DNA from: an uncultured delta proteobacterium
Lineage (GTDB): Bacteria > Desulfobacterota > Desulfobacteria > Desulfobacterales > UBA2156
DNA: 64,000 bases
Reading direction: 5' to 3'
NCBI GenBank assembly: GCA_963736855.1
Contig: CAVTQK010000006.1
Location: forward strand, 97,370-161,369
Every line of letters starts with the position of its first letter. Positions within the stretch are counted from its first letter, which is position 1. The position numbers and the translations under genes are program-made. Under the pieces are notes generated by a model. The model was not told where the DNA came from. It did not search any database and saw only the letters and a program-made list of their open reading frames with translations. Positions 1 to 8,704 of this stretch are shown here, one piece after another.

Positions 1-1045
1 ACCGGACAATTTCGCGCACAGCATTGGGAATCTCGATGCCGATCACCGATTTTCCGGGAATCGGTGCGACGATGCGCACGCTGAGTGCACGAAGGGCCAG
101 GGAAAGGTCGTCCGCCAATCCGGCGATCTTGCTGATTTTGACTCCCGGGGCGGGCTCATATTCGAAGGTGGTTATGACCGGTCCGGGCGCCACGGACACG
201 ACCCGCCCCTCCACGCCGAAGTCGGCCAGTTTCTTCTCCAAAAGTTTGGACTGCATTTTTAGGTTTTCGCTGTCCACCTGCACCGCCCGGACCCCCGGGT
301 CCTCCAGGAGATTGGTCCCGGGCCCCTGATATCCGGATTCTTTCTTCATGAAATCAAAAACAGCCTGCTTGGGGACCGGAGCTTCCTTGATCGGTTTCTG
401 CGGAGGGGTCTTGATGGTGATGGATTCTCCTGAAGGAATCCGTCGGGACACGATTTTTCTTTTCCGGACCTTCTCCCTCCGTTCCTTTTGCTTGGTGACG
501 AAAGCCTTTATACGGTCGACCAGGGAACGCCAGGAGCGAGAGAGGATTCTGAAAAAGCTCACAATAGAGAACCCGGTGGCCAGGACAAAACCGATGATCC
601 AGATCACCAAAAGGGTGATCAGCCCACCGGTAGTGTTGGCATAGCCGGTGAAAAACGATTTCATCGGCAGGCCGATCAGCCCGCCCGAGGAAAAGGGTTG
701 ACCGAAAATTTGAAAGGTCATCTGTTTAAAGGCCAGGAGACTTCCTGTTGTAACGATAAGAAGAACCCCTCCGAAAAGCGTCGTCAATATGGCTTTTTTG
801 GGGTGATCACCGAAAAAATGGATGCTTGAAAGAAGTAAAAGGACGGGGATCCAGAACGCTCCGATGCCAAAAAGCCCGACCAAAAAACCTGCGAGCTGAG
901 CGCCGAACAGACCGAATAGATTATGAATCGTTTTTCCTGCGGCGGCGGTGTGAATGGAAGGATCCGACGGACTGAAAGACAGCAAACTGATCAGCGTCAG
1001 AATCACCAGGAAAAACAAAATAATGCCGGCTATTTCTTTCCGCAT
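1..1045 (-). CDS. ftsK: DNA translocase FtsK/SpoIIIE, N-terminal part (runs off window start)
   Basis: Manual translation from ATG at 1045: MRKEIAGIIVFFLVILTLISLLSFSPSDP (membrane segments) ... LADFGVEGRVVSVAPGPVITTFEYEPAPGVKISKIAGLADDLSLALRALSVRIVAPIPGKSVIGIEIPN (FtsK alpha domain). Absent from the ORF track because there is no stop in the window. Confidence 0.95.
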   Translation of the reverse strand, partial: MRKEIAGIILFFLVILTLISLLSFSPSDPSIHTAAAGKTIHNLFGLFGAQLAGFLVGLFGIGAFWIPVLLLLSSIHFFGDHPKKAILTTLFGGVLLIVTTGSLLAFKQMTFQIFGQPFSSGGLIGLPMKSFFTGYANTTGGLITLLVIWIIGFVLATGFSIVSFFRILSRSWRSLVDRIKAFVTKQKERREKVRKRKIVSRRIPSGESITIKTPPQKPIKEAPVPKQAVFDFMKKESGYQGPGTNLLEDPGVRAVQVDSENLKMQSKLLEKKLADFGVEGRVVSVAPGPVITTFEYEPAPGVKISKIAGLADDLSLALRALSVRIVAPIPGKSVIGIEIPNAVREIVR

Positions 1046-1190
1046 AATTGGGGACACCCGGTGCATTCCATTGCGTTTGAGGTTAACATGGCGGTGATCA
1101 TTTCGTCCTTTTGACCATTCCTGTTTTCGTTGTAACATGGGGCGGGTTTCTTCCCATTTTTGCCCTCTCTCCCTTGTTTCTTTGCCACTT

Positions 1191-2855
1191 TTAAACTTCA
1201 ATAATAAAAGGGAGAATCACCGGACGGCGCTGGATTGCAAAATAGAAGTATTGCCTGAGCGCCGACTGAATTTTCGTGCGGATCTTTTCGATCCGATTTG
1301 GGATTTCAGGGGGAATTTCCTCGACGATTTCTAATATCACACACTTGGCGTCCTCCAGAAGATAGCCGGATTCGGTTTCAAAAATAAAGCCCCGCGACAC
1401 CACATCCGGACCATAGGCTATAATACCGGTCTCCTCGTCAAAGGCCATATTCACCACGACCAGGCCGTCTTCCGACAAGAGACGCCGCTCCTTGAGAACA
1501 CTTCTTCCCACATCTCCGATCCCCTTTCCATCCACCAGAACCCGCCCTGTAAAAACCCGATCACGGATTCTCCCTCCCTTCGAATCGAATTCGATGATTT
1601 GACCGTTCTCCGCCAAAAGCACCCGTTCTTTGGGTATGCCGACTTTTTCAGCCAATCGTGCATGCAGCGCCAAATGACGGTATTCTCCGTGAACCGGAAT
1701 GAAATATTTCGGCCGGGTCAGGGCGATCATCAATTTCAATTCTTCCCGAAAGGCGTGACCGCTGGCATGGATATTGGATATTTTCTCATAAATAACGTCT
1801 GCCTCCAGGCGGCAGAGCTTGTTGATGATATTGCCGATGGCTCTTTCATTTCCCGGAATAAACTTGGATGAAAGAATAACCATGTCCCCTCTTTTGATAG
1901 CAACCCACTTATGGGTCTTGGTGGCCATGCGTGCCAGAGAAGACATGGGTTCCCCCTGGCTCCCCGTGGTGATCAAAAGGAGCTCTTCATCCGGGAACTC
2001 CCCAATCCGACTGATGTCGATCTGCATCTGTTCGGGAATATCGATTAAACCCAGCTCCTTGGCGATATTGACGGTGGTTTCGATGCTTTTTCCGTCTAGT
2101 ACCACCTTTCGACCCTGGGCTTTGGCGATCTCCACAATCTTCCCGATACGGGTAATGTTGGAAGCAAAAAGAGAGATGATCACGCGCCCCTTGTGACTGT
2201 GTGTAACCTGTGACAGGGTTTCGGCGATTTCTTCGGCGGATACGGTATGCCCTTCCCTTTCCACATTGGTGGAATCGGATAGCAGGGCTAAAACCCCTTC
2301 ATCGCCGCATCGAGCAAAATGATTCACGTCTGTGGTCATTCCCCCCGAAGCCGCATGGTTGATATTGAAATCCCCGGTATGCACCACCAATCCGTAGGGA
2401 GTGTGGATCGCCACGCCGACGCCGCCGACCACACTATGTCCCACCCGGATAAATTCAAGTTCCAGCTTTCCGATTTTCAGAAGCTCTCCGGGAGAGATAT
2501 CATGCAGATCACAGGAAGACAGTATTCCGTATTCTTCGAGTTTGCGTCTCACAACCCCCAAGGTGAAGGGCGTCCCGAAAACCGGAGCATGAATATCTTT
2601 GAGCAGGTAGGGGAGTGCGCCGATGTGATCCTCGTGGGCATGGGTCAAGACAATGCCGGAAAGACGGGGCCCCGCCTTTTTCAGATAGGTCATGTCGGGG
2701 ATCACTAAATCGACCCCGAGCATATATTCCTCCGGAAACATGAGACCGGCGTCGATGACGAAAAGCGTATCTTGATACTGGATCGCCATCATATTCAGGC
2801 CTATTTCTCCCAGGCCGCCCAGAGGTATCAGTTTGAGCACCTCACGTCCCTCCAT
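1191..2855 (-). CDS. rnj: Ribonuclease J
   Basis: PLGGLGEIGLNM, THAHEDHIG, TGSQGEP, HASGHA, PVHGEYRH motifs; 554 aa. Confidence 0.96.
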   Translation of the reverse strand: MEGREVLKLIPLGGLGEIGLNMMAIQYQDTLFVIDAGLMFPEEYMLGVDLVIPDMTYLKKAGPRLSGIVLTHAHEDHIGALPYLLKDIHAPVFGTPFTLGVVRRKLEEYGILSSCDLHDISPGELLKIGKLELEFIRVGHSVVGGVGVAIHTPYGLVVHTGDFNINHAASGGMTTDVNHFARCGDEGVLALLSDSTNVEREGHTVSAEEIAETLSQVTHSHKGRVIISLFASNITRIGKIVEIAKAQGRKVVLDGKSIETTVNIAKELGLIDIPEQMQIDISRIGEFPDEELLLITTGSQGEPMSSLARMATKTHKWVAIKRGDMVILSSKFIPGNERAIGNIINKLCRLEADVIYEKISNIHASGHAFREELKLMIALTRPKYFIPVHGEYRHLALHARLAEKVGIPKERVLLAENGQIIEFDSKGGRIRDRVFTGRVLVDGKGIGDVGRSVLKERRLLSEDGLVVVNMAFDEETGIIAYGPDVVSRGFIFETESGYLLEDAKCVILEIVEEIPPEIPNRIEKIRTKIQSALRQYFYFAIQRRPVILPFIIEV

Positions 2856-3577
2856 GAGTCCGACTCAAAGGAATTTTTCATAATGTCCCGTATCTTTTCC
2901 AGCAGGGCATCCTTATTTTTCCTGCTGAAATTTCGGGTCTCAACAGGGGACAGCACTTGAAGAACCACGCTTCCGGGCCGGATCGTCAACCCCTCTTTGG
3001 ACATAATGGACCAAGTACCGAACAAAATAACAGGAACGATGGGAACTCCGGCTTCCGTTGCCAGGACGAAGCCGCCCTTCTTGAACGGACTTATTCGGCC
3101 GTCACGACTCCTTGTCCCTTCGGGAAATATGAGCACCGACGCACCATCCCGGATGGTTTGAGCTGCCTGCTTCAGGCTTAAAAAAGCACTCTTACGATCA
3201 GATCGATCGATGCTGATGTAACCTGCCTTTCGCATGGCCCGGCCGAAAACAGGGATCTTGAAAAGCTCGGCCTTTGCCAGCCACCGGAACTGAACCTTGA
3301 GATGGGCCAGCAGAACCGGGATGTCGAAATTGCTCTGATGATTGGCCATGAAGATATAGCTTTTGTTTGGGTCGATATTAGAAAAACCCTCCACCTGAAC
3401 TCGAATCCGGCTGATGAGAAGGATGCACCTGCCCCAAATTCTGGCGATCTTATGACTGCTTTTATCCGGACTTCCGAAAAAGGAGACGATCACTGCCATG
3501 GTACCAAAAAAAGCGGTCAAGAAGACGACAACCGCTATGATGCAAAATGTCCGAACCATATCTGCTGCGCGTTTCAC
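2828..3577 (-). CDS. plsC: 1-acyl-sn-glycerol-3-phosphate acyltransferase
   Basis: NHQSNFD and FPEGTRS acyltransferase motifs. Confidence 0.92.
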   Translation of the reverse strand: MKRAADMVRTFCIIAVVVFLTAFFGTMAVIVSFFGSPDKSSHKIARIWGRCILLISRIRVQVEGFSNIDPNKSYIFMANHQSNFDIPVLLAHLKVQFRWLAKAELFKIPVFGRAMRKAGYISIDRSDRKSAFLSLKQAAQTIRDGASVLIFPEGTRSRDGRISPFKKGGFVLATEAGVPIVPVILFGTWSIMSKEGLTIRPGSVVLQVLSPVETRNFSRKNKDALLEKIRDIMKNSFESDSWRDVRCSN

Positions 3578-3598
3578 GATGCTTTCCCTTTGTGTTGA

Positions 3599-3855
3599 CC
3601 CTGCTGTTGCAAAAGCCGAGGATGCCCCGGATCCAAGGCGTCCAAGGGCGAAGCCGTAGTATTTTACTGGGAGCCCTTGGTAACGAAGGAGACGGGGCGT
3701 TCTCGGCTTTCCCTCCGGGTAAAAAACATGACAAATTTTTTATTCGTTTTAGAAGTCACTAAAAGTTTATTCGCGAACCATGCCTAAACGTATTCAAATG
3801 CCCTGTTATCATTCTTTTTTTCTATTCCTTGTCATGTTTTTATGCAACTGCAGGG
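3599..3855. mobile_element. MITE-like element family A, complete copy (257 bp)
   Basis: Terminal inverted repeats CCCTGCTGTTGCA ... TGCAACTGCAGGG (1 mismatch), flanking TTGA direct repeat (3595-3598, 3856-3859), internal long hairpin ~3612-3710; second inverted copy at 13725-14078. Confidence 0.8.
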
Positions 3856-3869
3856 TTGATTTCCGGAGT

Positions 3870-4202
3870 TTAGGTCTGGATTCCCAACTCATCAAAAATC
3901 GCATCGATGAACCGAATGAGCCAGTTGCGCTGGGTTTCGGTAGCATACCCCATACAGGCGCAGTGTACCCGTTGATGGGTACGGATCAGCAATTCGCAGG
4001 CCAACCGGTCTTTGTGCATCTCAAAAGCGAAGTAAAACGGCTGGCATGCTTGATGTTCGCACTGAAGATCAGTGAGGATCCCCGGTTCAAGGGAAATCCA
4101 GTATATGTTTTCCAAACCGCCGAGGGTGTAATGTTCATCAAGATACGCTTTGATTTTTTCGTGGTCCTGCTCGCGGAGTTCATCGATGACATATTGCTTC
4201 AT
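3870..4202 (-). CDS. Hypothetical protein, Cys/His-rich (QCEHQACQP, VHCACMGYA)
   Basis: 110 aa ORF filling the gap, protein-like composition. Confidence 0.7.
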   Translation of the reverse strand: MKQYVIDELREQDHEKIKAYLDEHYTLGGLENIYWISLEPGILTDLQCEHQACQPFYFAFEMHKDRLACELLIRTHQRVHCACMGYATETQRNWLIRFIDAIFDELGIQT

Positions 4203-4279
4203 GATTTATTAAGATTACCACACACACCCTTTCGTTGCAATAAGCATGGGAAAAACCTTTTTTCCTAAAAAAGTCTTTC

Positions 4280-4309
4280 TTGACAAAAAGAACCTTTAAA
4301 GTTTATGTT
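4280..4309 (+). promoter_or_regulatory. Candidate sigma70 promoter of the thi operon
   Basis: TTGACA (4280-4285), 18 nt spacer, TATGTT, just upstream of the TPP aptamer. Confidence 0.5.
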
Positions 4310-4322
4310 AAAAAAAATGAGA

Positions 4323-4410
4323 TCCACCACAGGGGCGGCGAAGCAAGCCTGAGAAGGTACCCTTTGAACCTGATCCGGGTAATGCCGGCGTAGGGATGAG
4401 ATGCGGTGGA
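4323..4410 (+). ncRNA. TPP riboswitch
   Basis: AGGGG...CTGAGA...ACCCTTTGAACCTGATCCGGGTAATGCCGGCGTAGGGA consensus upstream of thiM. Confidence 0.95.
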
Positions 4411-4427
4411 GATTTTCAGAGGGGACC

Positions 4428-4463
4428 AAGGGTTGTTTTTGCCAAAAAAACAACCCTTTTTTT
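4428..4463 (+). terminator. Intrinsic terminator (riboswitch expression platform)
   Basis: AAGGGTTGTTTTT-loop-AAAAACAACCCTT followed by a T run, between aptamer and thiM RBS. Confidence 0.75.
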
Positions 4464-4481
4464 ATTCCAAAGGAGATGTCC

Positions 4482-5288
4482 ATGACACATTTTTCCAGCC
4501 AGGCTGCTTTAAATCTCCGGATGATTCGGGACACGAGACCGCTGATCCACAACATCACCAACTATGTGGTCATGAACTATACAGCCAACGCCCTTTTGTG
4601 CGCCGGGGCCTCTCCCGTGATGGCTCATGCCGCGGGAGAGGTGGAAGACATGGTCTCCCTGTCGAAAGCCCTGGTCCTCAACATCGGGACCCTCACCGAT
4701 GATTGGGTCGCCTCGATGATCCAGGCTGGAAAGCGTGCCAATGTGTTAAATATACCAGTGATCCTGGATCCTGTAGGATCGGGGGCCACTGCATTGCGAA
4801 CCCGTTCGGCCAAGCGGATCCTCGAGCAGACTTCCGTCAAGGTGCTGCGGGGAAACGCATCGGAAATTCTGTCACTGAGAAGTGCTGACTCGAAAACCAA
4901 GGGCGTCGATTCGATCCATTCCGTTGAAGACGCCGCCGATATAGCCGGGACTCTTGCCCGGGAATTGAAAACCACCCTGGCCATCACGGGAGCCGTGGAC
5001 ATGGTCACTGACGGAAAACAGAAGGTTCGAGTCGAAAACGGACATCCCCTGATGGGAAAAGTCACGGGAACCGGATGCACGGCAACGGCAATCATCGGCG
5101 CTTTTCTGGCCGTAGACGGCGATCCGGTCATCGCAGCCTCAACCGCCCTGGCCTTTTTCGGCCTGGCCGGAGAGTACGCCGCTAAAAAAGCTCAATCTCC
5201 GGGGAGTTTCATGATCGCACTTCTGGACGCCCTGTATGACATTTCACCCGATGAACTCGAAAAAGAGTGCCGGATCCGAGAAGCGTAA
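4482..5288 (+). CDS. thiM: Hydroxyethylthiazole kinase
   Basis: PLIHNITNYVVMN, GASPVMA, LDPVG, RGNASEI, VTGTGC; AGGAG RBS before ATG 4482. Confidence 0.96.
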   Translation: MTHFSSQAALNLRMIRDTRPLIHNITNYVVMNYTANALLCAGASPVMAHAAGEVEDMVSLSKALVLNIGTLTDDWVASMIQAGKRANVLNIPVILDPVGSGATALRTRSAKRILEQTSVKVLRGNASEILSLRSADSKTKGVDSIHSVEDAADIAGTLARELKTTLAITGAVDMVTDGKQKVRVENGHPLMGKVTGTGCTATAIIGAFLAVDGDPVIAASTALAFFGLAGEYAAKKAQSPGSFMIALLDALYDISPDELEKECRIREA

Positions 5289-5938
5289 TGGAAGATTTTT
5301 CAAGACGGATCGATTATTCCCTATACCTCGTTACAGACCGGGGTCTTGCTGGAGGAAAAAGCACCCTCGAAATCGTCCGGGCCGCGGTGATGGGGGGTGT
5401 GACCTGCGTCCAGCTTAGGGAAAAAAAGGGCTCCACCCGGGAATTTGTCGCCGAGGCTCTTGCTGTTCGCGACCTTTTGAGAAGTCTACATATTCCCCTC
5501 ATCATTAATGACCGCCTGGACGTGGCCTTGGCGGTTCAAGCCGACGGTCTGCATCTGGGACAAACGGACATACCCCTTGAATTTGCCCGGCGCATCGTCG
5601 GAAGATCCATGATCATCGGCATCTCGGCTGAATCCGTAAATGATGCCGTCGAGGCGGAAAAGGGCGGGGCGGATTATATCAGCGTCAGCCCCGTCTTCTC
5701 GACCCCGACAAAGACCGACACCGCACCTCCCCTCGGACTGGAAGGACTTAAAAAAATCCGGGGACGGGTTGCACCCCCCTTGGTGGCCATCGGCGGGCTG
5801 AACCGGGAAAATATCGAAGCGGTCATCCGGAATGGGGCAGACGGGGTAGCCGTGGTATCATCCATTGTCTGCGCACAAGATCCCATGCAGGAGGCACAAG
5901 AATTGAAACGTCTCATTCAAAAGGCCAGATCCACTTGA
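5288..5938 (+). CDS. thiE: Thiamine-phosphate synthase
   Basis: LYLVTD, VQLREK, IINDRLDVA, HLGQTD, TPTK, AIGG; TAATG coupling to thiM. Confidence 0.96.
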   Translation: MEDFSRRIDYSLYLVTDRGLAGGKSTLEIVRAAVMGGVTCVQLREKKGSTREFVAEALAVRDLLRSLHIPLIINDRLDVALAVQADGLHLGQTDIPLEFARRIVGRSMIIGISAESVNDAVEAEKGGADYISVSPVFSTPTKTDTAPPLGLEGLKKIRGRVAPPLVAIGGLNRENIEAVIRNGADGVAVVSSIVCAQDPMQEAQELKRLIQKARST

Positions 5939-6939
5939 AACTTAAAGAGATCGGTGAGTTCGGATGGATCGACCGGATTCGCGGAGGATGCCTGATCCGC
6001 GAGGACACAATCCTGAAAGGAATCGGGGACGATGCAGCCGTTTTCTTCACCCGGCCTGACATGGCCACACTGGTCACGACCGACTTGCTGGTGGAACGCG
6101 TCCATTTCCTGAAAAACGCCACTTCGGCATTCAACTTGGGATATAAGGCCATGGCCATGAATTTAAGCGATATCGCAGCTATGGGAGGAGAGCCGAGAGA
6201 GGCTTTTGTCAGCATCGGGATCCCCCAAGATTGCTCCATTGAGTTCTTGGACGAACTCTACGAAGGGATGAAGCATCTTGCCGCCGAACACCGGGTGAAC
6301 ATACTCGGCGGGGATACCACAGGCTCTAAAACCGATCTCATCATCAATATCACGGTGGTCGGAACGATACCCCCTTCCGAGGTTCTTTATCGTCATGCCG
6401 CACAACCCGGAGACGCGATCCTGTCCACTGGATTTTTAGGGAACAGCCGGGCAGGACTTCACATTATCCTGGAAGGGATCCCGATAGATGCCCCCTTTCT
6501 CCAAGAGCTCGTGGATGCCCACCTGAAGCCCCGGCCCTACGTGCTCGAAGCAAGATTCCTGGCAAGTCTGGGAGGGGTCCATGCAGCAATTGATGTCAGC
6601 GACGGCCTGAGCTCGGATCTGGGCCATATCCTCAAGTCAAGCAGCGTAGGCGCGCAATTGGTAGCCCAAAAGATCCCCATCTCCGAAAACCTGAAACGAT
6701 TCTGCGCGAGATTCAGCCGGGATCCATTGGAATACGCTCTCTCCGGCGGTGAAGACTACACCCTTTTGATCACGGTGTCTCCCGACAGGGAAAAAACGGT
6801 CCGCGAGGCTTATAAGAAAACCTTTGAAACCCCCTTATTCCCGATCGGCTGGATCAACGATTCCCGAAAGCTGGAGATGGTGAGCACCTCGGGGGCCTTG
6901 AATAAGGTAACGGCGTCCGGATGGGATCACTTCAAGTGA
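5935..6939 (+). CDS. thiL: Thiamine-monophosphate kinase
   Basis: GEF, GIGDDAA, NLSDIAAMGG, GGDT, DVSDGL, GGEDY. Confidence 0.96.
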   Translation: MKLKEIGEFGWIDRIRGGCLIREDTILKGIGDDAAVFFTRPDMATLVTTDLLVERVHFLKNATSAFNLGYKAMAMNLSDIAAMGGEPREAFVSIGIPQDCSIEFLDELYEGMKHLAAEHRVNILGGDTTGSKTDLIINITVVGTIPPSEVLYRHAAQPGDAILSTGFLGNSRAGLHIILEGIPIDAPFLQELVDAHLKPRPYVLEARFLASLGGVHAAIDVSDGLSSDLGHILKSSSVGAQLVAQKIPISENLKRFCARFSRDPLEYALSGGEDYTLLITVSPDREKTVREAYKKTFETPLFPIGWINDSRKLEMVSTSGALNKVTASGWDHFK

Positions 6940-7255
6940 GGTTTTGGGTGTTGTGCTTTTCCAGGTCAATGAGGGCCTGTTTAAGGGGCATCCCCCCGCC
7001 AAATTGACCCGGCGTGCCATCGCTTCGGATCACCAGGTGGCAGGGTATCAACAACGGCAGAGGGTTTTTTTTCGGTACAACACCGCTGAATAGCCAAACA
7101 AGGTTTGAAAAATCAATGAATACCCTGACTTTCGAGTCATACCGGCTTGCGGCATGGACTGGGATGTCATCCCATTATTTCATAAATATCGGGGTGGCAA
7201 ATAATTTAGGTTTCGGAAAAGATCTTTTTCGATAAATGGAAGGGGGCTTAAGAAC

Positions 7256-7294
7256 TTAATCCCCCCGGCCCTGAAAGAGGGCCGGGGGGATTAA
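7256..7294. terminator. Strong hairpin between convergent thiL and ferredoxin
   Basis: TTAATCCCCCCGGCCC-loop-GGGCCGGGGGGATTAA inverted repeat. Confidence 0.75.
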
Positions 7295-7306
7295 AAACCA
7301 TATCGC

Positions 7307-7495
7307 TTAGGTCTCCTCTACGGTGATGGCGCCAGGCTCACAGACTTCCACGCAGCTCTCACAACCCAGGCATTCGTCAGCATTGACCGGGACGGACTTG
7401 TCATCTACCAGTTCAAAGACTTCGACCGGGCAGACTTCCACGCATTCTCCGCAACCTTCGCACTTGTCATTGTCAACTGCCACGCTATATCCCAT
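7307..7495 (-). CDS. 2[4Fe-4S] ferredoxin
   Basis: CEGCGECVEVCP and CLGCESCVEVCE, acidic, 62 aa, GGAGG RBS. Confidence 0.93.
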   Translation of the reverse strand: MGYSVAVDNDKCEGCGECVEVCPVEVFELVDDKSVPVNADECLGCESCVEVCEPGAITVEET

Positions 7496-7644
7496 TTCGA
7501 AAAGCCTCCTTTCATAGTTTCTTAAGATCTCATTGACCGATCTTTGGTTTTCAGATTAAGGCAAGCCACTTATACCAATCCATATCCCGAGTCAAGCTTT
7601 ATTCGAACTTTTTTTTGGCGACTTTTTAAAAAACATGCCGGAAT

Positions 7645-8646
7645 TTATGCCGATAAATGGACCACAAGTGTCCTTCTTGCAAGCATTCCCTGAAATTTGG
7701 GGAGCGGCGAAAAATCGGCAGCACGCCCAAAAAAGGTCGAGGGACTTTCATCGACGGCATGCACGGTCACGAGCAACGCTCTATGTCCGCCGAAGGGGAT
7801 CGATGCTTCCACAAGGGGGTCGGAGATACGGAAATCCGGATCCTCCAATGCTTTTGCCAACCCTTCTTGAAAGGCCTCTTTCCAAGGGTCAGTCCCTTCG
7901 GCTCTACCATTCGCGGTCGGAATGGCATGAAATTGCACCGACCGGTATGAAAGTGGTGCAAGTTCCAGCAGATGTTCCATCGCCGGCCTGCTGTGAGTCA
8001 CCCAAACGAGGGTTTTATCGCTGTCTTCCGGAACGACGCCGTGAAGGAGCAATCGGGCCCATGCGGCCAGCCGCTCCGGAACCATGTAGTCTTCCGGTGT
8101 ATCCGATCCGAAAGCGTCGATCTTTGTATGGGTAGACGCCTCTCCCGTGAGGCTTTGAAATAGTTTCTTTTCCGTCCGAGCTAAGGATCTCAGGTCTTTT
8201 TGAACCTCGAAGCTTTCGATATCGTATTGCTGAGCCATATGAAGGAAAAGGGCTGCCCTGAATACGAGATCCTCAGGCTTTTGACTCAAACCGGCCTTAC
8301 CGTTTTTTTTCATGGAAGAAACGATTTGGGATGCAATTTTTTCATCGTCTGGTTCGGTGGATCCCTCCAGCCAGGCAACAAACCGGGTTTTAAGATCCCC
8401 TTTGGATCCATGCATTCGGGCAAAGGCCTGAAATTCGTTAAAGGCCTCGGTCAGCCGAGCCCGCTGATCCACCATCACTGGACAAACGGTTAAGAAGCCG
8501 CCTTCGATAGCCGCCGACATAGATTCCGGAACCTTAAGCAGGAACGGCTGAATCGTTTCAACCGAAGCAAAGCACGCCGCAAGGTCCTCTAGAACGGTTT
8601 CCTGAACAACCGTGTTGGGGAAATATATCGCTTTTATGGCTTTCAT
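7645..8646 (-). CDS. Hypothetical protein
   Basis: Long ORF; start moved to ATG 8646 (MKAIKAIYFP) with AGGAG RBS, removing the overlap with the upstream gene. Confidence 0.75.
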   Translation of the reverse strand: MKAIKAIYFPNTVVQETVLEDLAACFASVETIQPFLLKVPESMSAAIEGGFLTVCPVMVDQRARLTEAFNEFQAFARMHGSKGDLKTRFVAWLEGSTEPDDEKIASQIVSSMKKNGKAGLSQKPEDLVFRAALFLHMAQQYDIESFEVQKDLRSLARTEKKLFQSLTGEASTHTKIDAFGSDTPEDYMVPERLAAWARLLLHGVVPEDSDKTLVWVTHSRPAMEHLLELAPLSYRSVQFHAIPTANGRAEGTDPWKEAFQEGLAKALEDPDFRISDPLVEASIPFGGHRALLVTVHAVDESPSTFFGRAADFSPLPKFQGMLARRTLVVHLSA

Positions 8647-8704
8647 TTCTCCTGTCATCTGAACATCCCGTTCCGCCTTTGCTGTAGACTTAACTGAGCC
8701 CTTA

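Noticed and set aside
24..1114. Several short + strand ORFs
   Set aside because: The region is occupied by ftsK on the - strand
3780..3860. Shared peptide PKRIQMxCYHSFFLFxVMF in ORFs 3780-4268 and 13646-13852
   Set aside because: Explained by the two MITE family A copies; no evidence of coding
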